From positions 9,014 to 73,013 of the IMG/VR virus record IMGVR_UViG_3300033069_001491: a stretch of DNA of 64,000 nt; one strand, given 5' to 3'. The notes below the pieces were generated by a model. It was not told the DNA's origin and did no database searches. It saw only the letters and a program-made list of their open reading frames with translations. Positions 1 through 9,054 of the stretch are shown here, one piece after another. The DNA is from a virus (Duplodnaviria > Caudoviricetes). Made by a program: the position numbers and the translations under genes. Numbering within the stretch: the stretch's first letter is position 1; each line of letters starts with the position of its first letter.

Positions 1-1
1 G

Positions 2-973
2 TTCGCTGTCAACAAAGATAGTCTCCACGTCAGGTTGTTGGATAAACCTGTCCCAAACCGCCTGTGCCGACGAAGACGTCAGACCGTCAGGGTCAGACGA
101 CAGGGCCGATCCTTGTTGGGTGGCGTACTGCATGGCTAGACGGTACAACAAGGGGCCGTAACCCTTCCTAGCTTTCACGCTAGTGACACGCCAGACGTCG
201 TACTTCCCAATGTTGATACCACCGATGATAGCCTTGTTCAACACCGCCCGTGGCCATCCGCCTTGGCCCAATAGGACCTGTTCGACGCCTGATAGCTCGA
301 TCAAGGCCAACGTCACGTGGCCGCGACCCTCTCTAACAATGAGACCGATGTCTGTGGGCAGTTGCGTTGCTGTCACTGCTGCTTCACGCAGGAAACATTC
401 ATCGACGAGGTCGCTGTCAACAAGTTCAACGTTTTTCTGCGGATTGACGACGGCGAGGCTAGCGCCGTGTTCGCCTTCAGCAATGATTGAAGCCTGAAAT
501 CCTCGTGCCACAAGCCTCTCTAACAACGGACTCACGCTGCCGTAGGCGGGAAATGTGCCAGAAATGTCACTTCCAGGTGCTGCATAAACACGCATCAATG
601 AGGCCTTAGTGAAGGCTGGTTCATCCGCATCCGCAGCGATCTCTTGGCGGGCCATCTCCCTAAACATCGCCATGTGTTCAGGCGTTCGAGTGTCAAAAAT
701 TTGTTGGGTATCATTCAGCAGACGAACACGGTACACGATTGGCTGCTCTTTGACGCTAGCACCCTGTGGTCGACGTCCTGCCGCAAGCAACGGCCTGTGG
801 TACTGCTCGGCAACCTTTCTTGAATCCGTCAGAAACATGATGTCTCCTTGGAAGCCAGAGATGTCACCCATATTACCCCAGCGCGAGCCGTGGTACCACA
901 CCTTAGGAAGCCCCCGATTTTCTAGAAGGGCACGATGCAGCATCTTCCGCAGCTCTGAGAGCCTCATACGCAT
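2..973 (-). CDS. Partial (runs off window start): N-terminal ADP-ribosyltransferase-like domain fused to a C-terminal GNAT-like domain; putative virion-packaged protein
   Basis: Not in the ORF track; hand translation from ATG 973 is open to the window edge. MRMRLSELRKMLHRALLE N-terminus, then WYHGS...MFLTDSRKVAEQY...VYRVRL...GFQASIIAEGE (ART-fold pattern), then ARKGYGPLLYRLAMQYA...SSDPDGLTSSSAQAVWDRF (GNAT-like). Confidence 0.6.
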   Translation of the reverse strand, partial: MRMRLSELRKMLHRALLENRGLPKVWYHGSRWGNMGDISGFQGDIMFLTDSRKVAEQYHRPLLAAGRRPQGASVKEQPIVYRVRLLNDTQQIFDTRTPEHMAMFREMARQEIAADADEPAFTKASLMRVYAAPGSDISGTFPAYGSVSPLLERLVARGFQASIIAEGEHGASLAVVNPQKNVELVDSDLVDECFLREAAVTATQLPTDIGLIVREGRGHVTLALIELSGVEQVLLGQGGWPRAVLNKAIIGGINIGKYDVWRVTSVKARKGYGPLLYRLAMQYATQQGSALSSDPDGLTSSSAQAVWDRFIQQPDVETIFVDSE

Positions 974-978
974 GACCG

Positions 979-984
979 TAAATA
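979..984 (-). promoter_or_regulatory. Putative late-type promoter element TATTTA (TAnnTA class)
   Basis: 5 nt upstream of ATG 973. The same TAnnTA motif occurs at 4502, 5149, 8768, 27835, 29940, 33222, 53332, 57960, 59090 and 63275, mostly upstream of virion-type genes. Confidence 0.45.
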
Positions 985-990
985 GGTGTA

Positions 991-1821
991 TCAGATAATC
1001 AACAACGCGCGCAGGTCATCGCCCGTCAGCGTCCGGTAACGGGTGACGTTGTTCTCAACGCACCACGCTCGTGTGGCCTCCGACTTCAGCACGTTTTTCT
1101 CGCTGCCGATGAATTCAACGGGTTTCACCTCCCACAGCTCCCGATGACCGTCGACGAAGGTGACCATGAAGTCGGGCACGTACCAGCGCTTGTGACGATC
1201 GTAGACGTACGGGATGCGGACACACTCGTAGTCCCAGTCGACAACGAAGGGTGCCATGTCGAGCCATCGCATCAGCGACAATTCCCAGCCCGACTTGTAG
1301 AAGTGTTCCCTCCCGGTCTTGTTGGACCGATGGTCGCCCTTCTTAGAGTTGCCACCGTAAGGCCGCTGCTTGCCGACCAACAGCAACAACGAGTGTTTGT
1401 CTGACATGGCGTCTTTGGACGAGTCTCTGTGCTTCCTGCCGTACATCCCGTTGTTGGGACCCGACACGTCGGCATGATTAGCGCTCATCTTCTGCTTGGT
1501 CTCGTCGCTGTGCTGGCGACCCTGCCACGGGTGGACGTAGCCGGGCTGTTTCATCCGCTCGACGACAGACTCACTGATCTTCTGCGCCGCCGCTGGCGTA
1601 TGCATCATTGCCGTGTTGTCAGCGTACAGTTCTGGGTGCCGCGACCGGAAGCTACCGTAGCACTTTCTCGAGCAGAACTGGCCCCACTTGTGGTCGTTCA
1701 TGTACGATTGCGTGTACTGTCGCTCGAATTTTCCACCACACGAATCGCACTGTAACACCAGGATGCGCTTGGGCTTCGACGGACGATAGGCGTTCGGGCC
1801 GTCTTTGATCTCTAGAAGCAT
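991..1821 (-). CDS. Free-standing homing-type endonuclease: NUMOD3-like repeats plus TnsA-like/PD-(D/E)XK nuclease domain
   Basis: CDSC and FCSRKC zinc motifs; GRQHSDETKQKMS and GRKHRDSSKDAMS (NUMOD3); YKSGWELSLMRWLD...WDYECVRIPY...YVPDFMV...EVKP. Confidence 0.75.
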   Translation of the reverse strand: MLLEIKDGPNAYRPSKPKRILVLQCDSCGGKFERQYTQSYMNDHKWGQFCSRKCYGSFRSRHPELYADNTAMMHTPAAAQKISESVVERMKQPGYVHPWQGRQHSDETKQKMSANHADVSGPNNGMYGRKHRDSSKDAMSDKHSLLLLVGKQRPYGGNSKKGDHRSNKTGREHFYKSGWELSLMRWLDMAPFVVDWDYECVRIPYVYDRHKRWYVPDFMVTFVDGHRELWEVKPVEFIGSEKNVLKSEATRAWCVENNVTRYRTLTGDDLRALLII

Positions 1822-1841
1822 GATCTACTGTATCATGCTTC
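1815..1841 (-). promoter_or_regulatory. Perfect 10-bp hairpin covering the endonuclease start codon and a -10-like TACAGT
   Basis: GAAGCATGAT-acagtag-ATCATGCTTC on the minus strand; ATG 1821 lies in the 3' arm. Confidence 0.6.
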
Positions 1842-1861
1842 GAGCAGTTGGCATCAACAAT

Positions 1862-4489
1862 TCACCAATCATAACGCACCTTGAACATGATGCGATCGCC
1901 GAAGCGCTTCAGGATGGGTTGGGCCAGCTGCGACTTCATGACAACATTGTAGTTGCGATCGTGGAGGTTGATGCCCGAGATGTAGACGAATGAATCGTCA
2001 GTGTCGTTCGGAAAGCCCGTCGGGGCCACCTTCCGAAAACACGGGTTGCTCGACGAATTGAGCTGGTTATTGGGCGCCAGGACGTCGATTCTCATGGTGT
2101 GAACGTGTTGCTCACCGCGGAAGCTGACCTCATAAGCGTCCTGACCAAAGAAGTACAGGTGCGGGCTCTTCAAGACGATGAGGCCCTCGTCGTAGTAGAC
2201 GTTACCTACGCTGTTCCACGTCGACTGGCTGGTGTAACAGTCAGCTCGGTAGACGTTGCCTCTACCATCGTCGACCAGCGTCATGCTGATCGGTCCGAAG
2301 GTGGCAGAGATTGGCAGGTTAGAGCCCAACCGGCTTGACCGAATGATGTCAGGTTCCCGCAGTGACAGCGTCTTGGGCTTGATCCGGAAACCGTAGAACA
2401 GGTTGCTGACGTCAAAGACAGTGACTTGGTTCGATGACGGATCCTGTGTACGCTGATAAACCGACAGCGGCGCGCCCACCTCCACGTCGCTACCTGACAC
2501 GACGTTGCGGTAGTGGTTGTATGTCGCCGGTCCAGGCATGGAGAAGGGCGTCTCAGGAGTGCTCCCCAGTTGCACCGCTGCGAAGGCATTGACCTGTTCA
2601 TCAGGTTGGGAGCCGTCATCGAACGTGCCACCGCCGAACATCAACGTCGATGTCAGCACCATGTTGTCAAGGTGGATGAAGCTTAGCTCCTCGATCCCCA
2701 GGTCGTCGACGGCCCGTGATAGAGACTCTGACGCTAGCAACTGGAAGCTAGGCACGAAGAGACCATCGTCACACGGCAGGATGGTCAAGTTACGTTTAGC
2801 AACAAATGGCTGCGACTGCAGGTACTCGTTACACGTGTCAGCATCAGGCGTCGTGGTGGTGATTGCCACGCCAGACAGGTGGTGCAGCAATGGGTGATTG
2901 TTGGACGCAAAGTCGCGGACAAAGTTTTCAAGGTTGATGTAGTGGCCACCGACTCCGAACGACAAGGCCACACTGAACGGCATCGACGATGCTCCGTCAG
3001 CTTCCTGGAAAGGCGACACCAGCAGTCCTCCACGGTCGTTGACGAACTGTCGGTAAGGCGACTGCTCGATGAAGAAAGGCGGCACGTAGAAGGCAAACGT
3101 GTTATCAAGGAAGACAGGCCCCACGCTGGCCGACGTCGAGATGTCATAGTCCGACAGGTAGCGCCGGCGGATCGCCACGTCGTGCAGTTCGGCGTTGAGC
3201 GGGTGGTCGAATGAGTAGGACGTGGGCGTCTCGATCCCCGTATCGGCCAACATCACATTGAGTCCCTCCCGGGTGGCTGGGTCGAAAGCAAAGAACGCAG
3301 CCTGTGGGTTAACGCTGTGATTGGGACCTTCGTAGAAGTTACCTAGGCACAGGACATCGGGTGGTAGCTGTTGGATCCCGGGCACCGGTGGGTTGTGCCC
3401 GCCCATGACAACGATGTCAGCCAGCGAAGGAGTGATCGATGATGACGGGACGTCGAAAGTTCCCTTGTCGACGCCGTCGATGTTGAACGTCCCGCGGCCT
3501 GAATTGACGTCCCGAGTGCCCCACCTGACGACGACGTGGTGCCAGCGGTTGTGCCACAAGGCGTTGTTGTCAGAGAAGAAGACTAGCTCACGTGAAGGCA
3601 ATAGGCTCTGACTGACGTGGTCGTACGAGCCCGACGGGCCCGACACGTTGATGGTCCCAGTCGCATCAGTCGCGATCCAAGAAGGTGGGATGTCTGCTGA
3701 ACTCGACAACTGCAGCAACAGGCGAAAGCCAACTGGCCGGCCGTTAACGTCCTTGCTAGAGCCCGTGACCAGCGACAAGGCAAAGGTCGACGACAGGTGG
3801 AGGATCGTACCTGCCTTAAATGTGCCGTCTGACGCGTCGGAGGTGTAGCGGGGGTTAATGTAGAAGTCGAAGCTGAACGATCCACTAGGCGTGTATGTCC
3901 CGCTGCAGTAACCTTCGTGAAAGACCATGCCACCCCGATCGTCCGCAATGTTCGGGTATAGCAACACGGATGACGTCGGAAAGCCGGACGATGTGAAGAA
4001 ATTGAGCGTGTTGTAATTGGTGTACGCCCAGTGCGCCGTCGGGTAGACAGTCCTGTAATAAGGCTGCAACACGTCCTTGATGAACAACTTACGCAAGGTG
4101 TTGCTGTTGAAGGTGGGCGGAGGAAAGAATCTGACGATGTCAAGCTTCTGCTGCAGGCGACGTTGTCGCCCGGCGGAATTCACAGCGTCCATGTACTGTT
4201 CCATCATGTTGGCGAACGACCCCGTCAATGATGAACTGACGCTGTGAACGCGAGCAATGCGTCCCCACTGTTGAGCGCTCCGAAGGGCGTTCGGGTATTT
4301 CCCGTCGTCGTGCCTTGAGTCGATGAATGCAGAGTCGGGGCGAGCATCCTTCATGGTGGACGATCGCCGGGCGAAGACGTGGACCGAACCAGTGGAGCCC
4401 GCCGTCGAGCTGGATACGAATGTCCGGAATGGGTTGGTGACGACGCTGAACGTCTCTACGTCGGTCGGATCAATCCTATAGATCGACAT
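1862..4489 (-). CDS. Virion baseplate/tail-associated protein with a LamG/ConA-like domain and a baseplate-type C-terminal motif
   Basis: 875 aa; NRWHHVVVRW (LamG-like); C-terminus ISGINLHDRNYNVVMKSQLAQPILK...FKVRYDW is paralogous to that of 6385..7641. Confidence 0.6.
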   Translation of the reverse strand: MSIYRIDPTDVETFSVVTNPFRTFVSSSTAGSTGSVHVFARRSSTMKDARPDSAFIDSRHDDGKYPNALRSAQQWGRIARVHSVSSSLTGSFANMMEQYMDAVNSAGRQRRLQQKLDIVRFFPPPTFNSNTLRKLFIKDVLQPYYRTVYPTAHWAYTNYNTLNFFTSSGFPTSSVLLYPNIADDRGGMVFHEGYCSGTYTPSGSFSFDFYINPRYTSDASDGTFKAGTILHLSSTFALSLVTGSSKDVNGRPVGFRLLLQLSSSADIPPSWIATDATGTINVSGPSGSYDHVSQSLLPSRELVFFSDNNALWHNRWHHVVVRWGTRDVNSGRGTFNIDGVDKGTFDVPSSSITPSLADIVVMGGHNPPVPGIQQLPPDVLCLGNFYEGPNHSVNPQAAFFAFDPATREGLNVMLADTGIETPTSYSFDHPLNAELHDVAIRRRYLSDYDISTSASVGPVFLDNTFAFYVPPFFIEQSPYRQFVNDRGGLLVSPFQEADGASSMPFSVALSFGVGGHYINLENFVRDFASNNHPLLHHLSGVAITTTTPDADTCNEYLQSQPFVAKRNLTILPCDDGLFVPSFQLLASESLSRAVDDLGIEELSFIHLDNMVLTSTLMFGGGTFDDGSQPDEQVNAFAAVQLGSTPETPFSMPGPATYNHYRNVVSGSDVEVGAPLSVYQRTQDPSSNQVTVFDVSNLFYGFRIKPKTLSLREPDIIRSSRLGSNLPISATFGPISMTLVDDGRGNVYRADCYTSQSTWNSVGNVYYDEGLIVLKSPHLYFFGQDAYEVSFRGEQHVHTMRIDVLAPNNQLNSSSNPCFRKVAPTGFPNDTDDSFVYISGINLHDRNYNVVMKSQLAQPILKRFGDRIMFKVRYDW

Positions 4490-4534
4490 CTGCCTCCGGC
4501 GTAACTATACCTCGCTACGCTAGCGTCGACAGCA

Positions 4535-5143
4535 TCACTCTGGGTCGATGATCACGTACTGATCACCACGTTTCATCACGTTTCTGACGTCATGATCTAG
4601 GCGCAGTGACATATAACGTTTCAAAAAAGCGCCCAAGCGCGGATTGTCAACCTCTTCAGGCCTCAACTCGTGTTGGATGACAACTTGGATGGCCTCTTCA
4701 TCTTCTGTTGAGAGGGGTTCCAAACGCTCCATTAACGCATAGACCAATGCTGTGTACGTGTCTCCGCTGCTTGTGTCGATAGCGTTGACCTCGCCAACAT
4801 CAAAGATTTTGACGTACAAACCGCCGCTGGGTGCATTGTTCAATCGTTCAATGACAGCGTTGGCTGAGCCTGGGACTGCATTGTACGTTGGGATCAACTT
4901 GACGACTTTGTCGCTTCCTGATGAACAGACGACGCCTTCAAACCCATTGCCAATCACGGCACCCACGTCAAACGGAAAAGCGCCTTGATCCTTCAGGGGC
5001 GACACCACGTTCAATATGAACTCATCAAAATCGTACTGATCATCGTTATCAGGCGGACGAGAAAGCTCAATACGTCGACTTCCTTTTTGAGGAGAAAAAG
5101 AGTTCACCAAAAGACGTCGTAGTTCACCCAGCCTGATGCGCAT
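4535..5143 (-). CDS. Minimal protein-kinase-like protein with a capsid-targeting-like N-terminus
   Basis: IGNGFEGVV (Gly loop), VVKL, ALMERL, DHDVRNVM (catalytic-loop-like), IIDPE (DFG-equivalent) at the very C-terminus; starts MRIRLGELRRLL. Confidence 0.6.
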   Translation of the reverse strand: MRIRLGELRRLLVNSFSPQKGSRRIELSRPPDNDDQYDFDEFILNVVSPLKDQGAFPFDVGAVIGNGFEGVVCSSGSDKVVKLIPTYNAVPGSANAVIERLNNAPSGGLYVKIFDVGEVNAIDTSSGDTYTALVYALMERLEPLSTEDEEAIQVVIQHELRPEEVDNPRLGAFLKRYMSLRLDHDVRNVMKRGDQYVIIDPE

Positions 5144-5151
5144 GGTCGTAA

Positions 5152-5514
5152 CTATGATGCTACGTCGTCAAGCAAGTTGACAAGTTCTTGATCAAGCAGC
5201 TGAATGAGTCGAGGTGCAAGCACCTTGACGAAGGTTTCTGCTTCAGGTAGCTGTTCTGCCACGCCAGAATCTTCCAAGCATGCGTGGATCAGCTCATGCA
5301 GCACAAGCTCTCGCTTATGATCATATGTCAATCTATTTCTGACGATGATCACATCGTCATCATAACTGATGACGCTTTTCACTGACGACGGATCATCGCA
5401 ACCCTTGGCCACAACGCTATCGAATGACTCATCATCAACAGCGACCACACAGTACGTCCTAGATCCGACCTTGATGGTGTTTGACTGCTGTGTCAAAGTC
5501 TTCTCCGATCTCAC
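5152..5514 (-). CDS. Small HExxH metallopeptidase-like protein (true start probably somewhat downstream of 5514)
   Basis: LVLHELIHACL motif; IKVGSRTYCVV N-terminus typical of small phage zinc-peptidase-like proteins; 5' end overlaps the endonuclease 3' end. Confidence 0.55.
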   Translation of the reverse strand: MRSEKTLTQQSNTIKVGSRTYCVVAVDDESFDSVVAKGCDDPSSVKSVISYDDDVIIVRNRLTYDHKRELVLHELIHACLEDSGVAEQLPEAETFVKVLAPRLIQLLDQELVNLLDDVAS

Positions 5515-6364
5515 GTTTCATTGCGTCAATTTCAACGTTGCCTAGTACGACATATTTGGCACCGGCCGCGGCGAGGGCCTGCTTTGTCAGATCCAACTTC
5601 TTGCTCACCTCGGGCAATGCCTGAATAGCAGTCGGTTTGATCTCGACAATGACTTCTTGGCCATCAACGTACCTGACGAGGAAGTCTGGAATCGTCCGTC
5701 GCCCATCGGATAGGACGATGACATTAGGTTCGTATTCGTATGACAATACATCATTGCTCCTGTCCCAGTGCATCATTGCCACCAATTCCCATGATGACTT
5801 GAACTTGACAGGCAACGTTGCCTTCGGACTGCAATGCGTTCCTGTCACGTGGCCGGTCTTGTACCCAGACACGCCATCGAGCACACGTTTGACAGCGGCA
5901 CGTGAGTAGTTGTCACGTTGCTCTTTCGTCAATGTATCAGACGTGTGTCCAAAGTTAGGATTGTTGGCACCACGGTGCGTGCTGGCTCCTGCCTGAAAGC
6001 GTTCTTTCAGACTTTCTGAAACCTTTGCACCCAATCCAGCCAGGCGCTCATCTGTCTTTGCTGTCAACCCGCGGTTCCACGCTGTCCTACCAAGCATGGA
6101 CCCTGGCTTGCCGAACATCCCGTTGTTAGGGCCACTGTTTGAACAGCGCTTGCCGCAAAAGCGCTGTTCCTTCCTGACGAACGAAACGGTAAATTCGCAA
6201 CCGCAGAACTCACACGTCTTGGTGACGTCTGGCTGCCGCGTCTTACGGGTGCTCAAAAAACACGGATCGTAGCTGCAGTACCTCGCCGAGGACACGCGAG
6301 ATGCAATGACCTCAAATTCCTTGCAGCACACCTCACACAGTTTCTTGATCCGCTCCTTGGCCAC
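5459..6364 (-). CDS. Free-standing homing-type endonuclease: Cys-rich zinc motifs plus TnsA-like/PD-(D/E)XK domain
   Basis: CEVCCKEF..YCSYDPC and CEFCGCEF..FCGKRC; FKSSWELVAMMHWD...YEYEP...TIPDFLV...EIKP. Confidence 0.75.
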   Translation of the reverse strand: MAKERIKKLCEVCCKEFEVIASRVSSARYCSYDPCFLSTRKTRQPDVTKTCEFCGCEFTVSFVRKEQRFCGKRCSNSGPNNGMFGKPGSMLGRTAWNRGLTAKTDERLAGLGAKVSESLKERFQAGASTHRGANNPNFGHTSDTLTKEQRDNYSRAAVKRVLDGVSGYKTGHVTGTHCSPKATLPVKFKSSWELVAMMHWDRSNDVLSYEYEPNVIVLSDGRRTIPDFLVRYVDGQEVIVEIKPTAIQALPEVSKKLDLTKQALAAAGAKYVVLGNVEIDAMKREIGEDFDTAVKHHQGRI

Positions 6365-6384
6365 GGATCAATTATAGCTTGATC

Positions 6385-7641
6385 TCACTTTCTGTATACG
6401 ATGGAACGCTTCTTGGCGAAGTCAAGTCTAATGCGAAAGGTTAGGTCCTTCTCTGGGTTCTTCTGGACAGGCCTGGACAGCTTAGCCACCGCGAGCAGGT
6501 TGTCGTTGGCGTCATACAGTCCGACCGAGGTCACGTAGGTGAATGACTGCTGTGTGTCCTCCTGACCCACGTCGATGACGACGATCCTGTCAGTCGTGTC
6601 CGTGAAAGTCGGGTTGGCCGAGTAGTTGAACTCATCAGCCTCAACCCGACAGAAGATCAACGAGCTGTTGATGTTGGTGACGTTCTGGAAGGTCAGGGCT
6701 GACTGGCTGCCCGATCCCAACCTGCAGGAGGCAACGTGGTCGATGATGTTGTCGATCGAGGCACTGACCACGAAGTCGGGGATGAACGTCGACAGGAACT
6801 GTGTCTGGCTGCCTGAAGCGCCGAGGACCTGTTGCCCAAGGGGCGCCATCGCGTCGATGGTACCTGACATGTACTGGCTGGCGCTGGTCACCTTCTTCAG
6901 GTCCAGGACCAGGACGCCGCGGTCGTAGAACATCAGGCCGACATTGCGCGTGGTGTCAGCGCTGTCGACGACGTTGCCGACCTGGCCTCCGAATGTCGAC
7001 AGCTTGTTGGTGGCCGCGCCGATGTCGGTGTAAATCGCGCTGCCTGACAGCGAGGTGACGTAGAGGTTGGGCGGCGACGGAAAGCTCTCTGCAGGCGTGG
7101 AGTCGTTGGGCCCATTGATCGATGCGGTTTGGTAGAACCGCATTGCAAACGTCTCCCGCTTGATGCTGTCGCGGGCGAAGAGGCGCTTGAAGGCGATGAA
7201 CAGCGCGACGTCGATCTCGTCCTCAGAATCACTTGAACCCAGAGGGGAGACGAATGCTGTCGACGCGTCGCCCAGCAGCGTCTGTGAAAACTGCCGGTAG
7301 ATGTCCATCTTCTCTCGCATCATCAGCGATGAACTCGGGAACAGCTCCTTACCGGCTGCATCAACACCCGTTTGGCTAGACAACACCGTCGCACCGTCCG
7401 GAAGTAGCCCAACCGTCATGTCGAAGATGGAGTTGGCTGTCTGCAGGGTGAAGTCCTGATCATATACCGTCTGATAGAGCGATGACGTGATACCCGGACC
7501 CACGCCACCGGTGACGAAGCTCTGGTACTTTCGTCTCGAGACTGACCCGCTGATGTCCTCTTGGATGACGTCAATCAGCTGGTTCAGGAACGAGCGTGAC
7601 GTCTTGATGTCACTGGGAAGAATCTCTTTGAAAACGGCCAC
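6385..7641 (-). CDS. Virion baseplate/tail-collar-like structural protein
   Basis: 418 aa; C-terminus VTSVGLYDANDNLLAVAKLSRPVQK...FRIRLDF is a motif typical of huge-phage baseplate proteins. Confidence 0.6.
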   Translation of the reverse strand: MAVFKEILPSDIKTSRSFLNQLIDVIQEDISGSVSRRKYQSFVTGGVGPGITSSLYQTVYDQDFTLQTANSIFDMTVGLLPDGATVLSSQTGVDAAGKELFPSSSLMMREKMDIYRQFSQTLLGDASTAFVSPLGSSDSEDEIDVALFIAFKRLFARDSIKRETFAMRFYQTASINGPNDSTPAESFPSPPNLYVTSLSGSAIYTDIGAATNKLSTFGGQVGNVVDSADTTRNVGLMFYDRGVLVLDLKKVTSASQYMSGTIDAMAPLGQQVLGASGSQTQFLSTFIPDFVVSASIDNIIDHVASCRLGSGSQSALTFQNVTNINSSLIFCRVEADEFNYSANPTFTDTTDRIVVIDVGQEDTQQSFTYVTSVGLYDANDNLLAVAKLSRPVQKNPEKDLTFRIRLDFAKKRSIVYRK

Positions 7642-7745
7642 GTATTCACCTCTGAATTTCCGCCGGTTGACGTTGATTGCTCAGATTGTAACCTGAATCG
7701 CGCTCAAAGTACGTGACCGGTTTATGCGCACTAAACACCTGAGTA

Positions 7746-7907
7746 CTACTTCTTTGAAAGCTCTGCTACTTTTCGTGCAGGTTCAGTGAAGGCGTACTGT
7801 CGCGCCTTGCGGCGACCTTCAATCGATGGATCACGTTCGATCATCATCCTGACATCATCGAGCGTCGCATCCAACAGCTCCTTCAACTTGGCGTCATCGT
7901 CACTCAT
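7746..7907 (-). CDS. Small hypothetical protein (53 aa)
   Basis: Hand-translated MSDDDAKLKELLDATLDDVRMMIERDPSIEGRRKARQYAFTEPARKVAELSKK; fills the gap between co-oriented genes. Confidence 0.45.
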   Translation of the reverse strand: MSDDDAKLKELLDATLDDVRMMIERDPSIEGRRKARQYAFTEPARKVAELSKK

Positions 7908-7917
7908 GTTTCACTCT

Positions 7918-8634
7918 CTATAGGTTCTTGTCGATGATGATGCCGATGTCCTGAACGGCGCCGGACTGAATGCCAGTCACCTTCATGTAGACCTTGATCT
8001 TGGTCTTGTCAGCGGTGGTCCCGTAGACTGCGAACAGAGCGTCAGTCAGCGACTTAACGCTGATAGTGAACTGCACGCTGGACCCGCCGAAGGCGTTCTC
8101 GGCAGGCGACCGCGTCAGGATGTAGCTGGCACGCTGGTTACCGTCGATGTTCTCAGGCGTGTTGCTGACAATCTGCACAAAGAGATTTGGGACCTCGACC
8201 ATGAACGTCTGATCGCGAAGTTCCACATCGATCGTCGTCTCATTTTGGATCGTCTGCTGGACGGTGACGTTCGATGTCTTTTGGGTGTTTCTGCCCAGGG
8301 TGATCAGGTTGCCGAGGGCGTTGACGTTGGCATCGCCCGACAGTGCCATCGACGGCAATCGCAGCAAGTTCGGGTTCGACACGCTGACAAGTTTGTACTT
8401 CTGGGCCGTCGCTTGGTTGGTCAGGGCCTCGAGGATGGGAGTGTTCTTCTCCACCTTCTCGGATCCGACAGTACGACCGTACTTGCCGATGACCCCATAG
8501 TTGACCTCGTCGTCGCCTAGGGCGAACTTATGGATGCTGAAGCTACCGTCGTTGCGTGCCAAGAACTGACGTCCGACGTCAGTCAGGACAGCGTCAAGAA
8601 TCAAGTTGTTCGTCGAATTATCAAGGAAGCCCAT
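7918..8634 (-). CDS. Virion structural protein with a tail-collar/baseplate-like N-terminal motif
   Basis: MGFLDN...DAVLTDVGRQFLARNDGSFSIHKFALGDDEVNY, a conserved huge-phage structural family pattern. Confidence 0.65.
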   Translation of the reverse strand: MGFLDNSTNNLILDAVLTDVGRQFLARNDGSFSIHKFALGDDEVNYGVIGKYGRTVGSEKVEKNTPILEALTNQATAQKYKLVSVSNPNLLRLPSMALSGDANVNALGNLITLGRNTQKTSNVTVQQTIQNETTIDVELRDQTFMVEVPNLFVQIVSNTPENIDGNQRASYILTRSPAENAFGGSSVQFTISVKSLTDALFAVYGTTADKTKIKVYMKVTGIQSGAVQDIGIIIDKNL

Positions 8635-8791
8635 GTGTCACCGTGACCATTTTCTTCTGTGTAGCGTCAGTGGAAATTACGATACGTGTCTTGTTGGCCT
8701 TCGCAACATGCCATGATGCGTGATCCCCCAACCGTCAACCACCTTCGCTGCCTCCGACGTCGATCGGTAAGTAGCTACTACGCTACCTTGA

Positions 8792-9046
8792 CTATACGGT
8801 TGTTGAGGGCGCTCCTTCCAGGAAGTTGCGTAGTCGCTCCTCACCCCGTTCAACAGACTCCTTGTCAAAGTAGACACCCCCTTCATTGCGGTAATCAAGC
8901 AGCTCCTGCGACATTGTGAATGTCCCGTCAACGTGTTGATCAATCGCCAAGGCCAATCCCAAAGGATGCAAGACGTCACGGTTGATCTTAAAAAGCAATC
9001 CGCTCTCTCTAAGAAACTTACCCGCTGACAACTTCTTCACAATCAC
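8792..9046 (-). CDS. Small conserved-looking phage hypothetical protein
   Basis: 84 aa; FLRESGLLFKINRDVLHPLGLAL motif; co-oriented with its neighbours. Confidence 0.55.
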   Translation of the reverse strand: MIVKKLSAGKFLRESGLLFKINRDVLHPLGLALAIDQHVDGTFTMSQELLDYRNEGGVYFDKESVERGEERLRNFLEGAPSTTV

Positions 9047-9054
9047 ATCCTACA

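Noticed and set aside
991-6364. Tn7-like transposon inferred from TnsA-like domains
   Set aside because: No tnsB/tnsC, terminal repeats or target duplications; NUMOD3/zinc-finger fusions point to homing-type nucleases
5459-6400. Group I intron hosting the endonuclease at the 3' end of the 418-aa gene
   Set aside because: The endonuclease ORF overlaps the next gene, leaving no room for a ribozyme core or a 3' exon; the other nucleases are likewise free-standing
8677-8979. 100-aa minus-strand ORF overlapping 8792..9046
   Set aside because: Overlaps a more plausible gene in another frame and spans the TACTTA motif; no motifs
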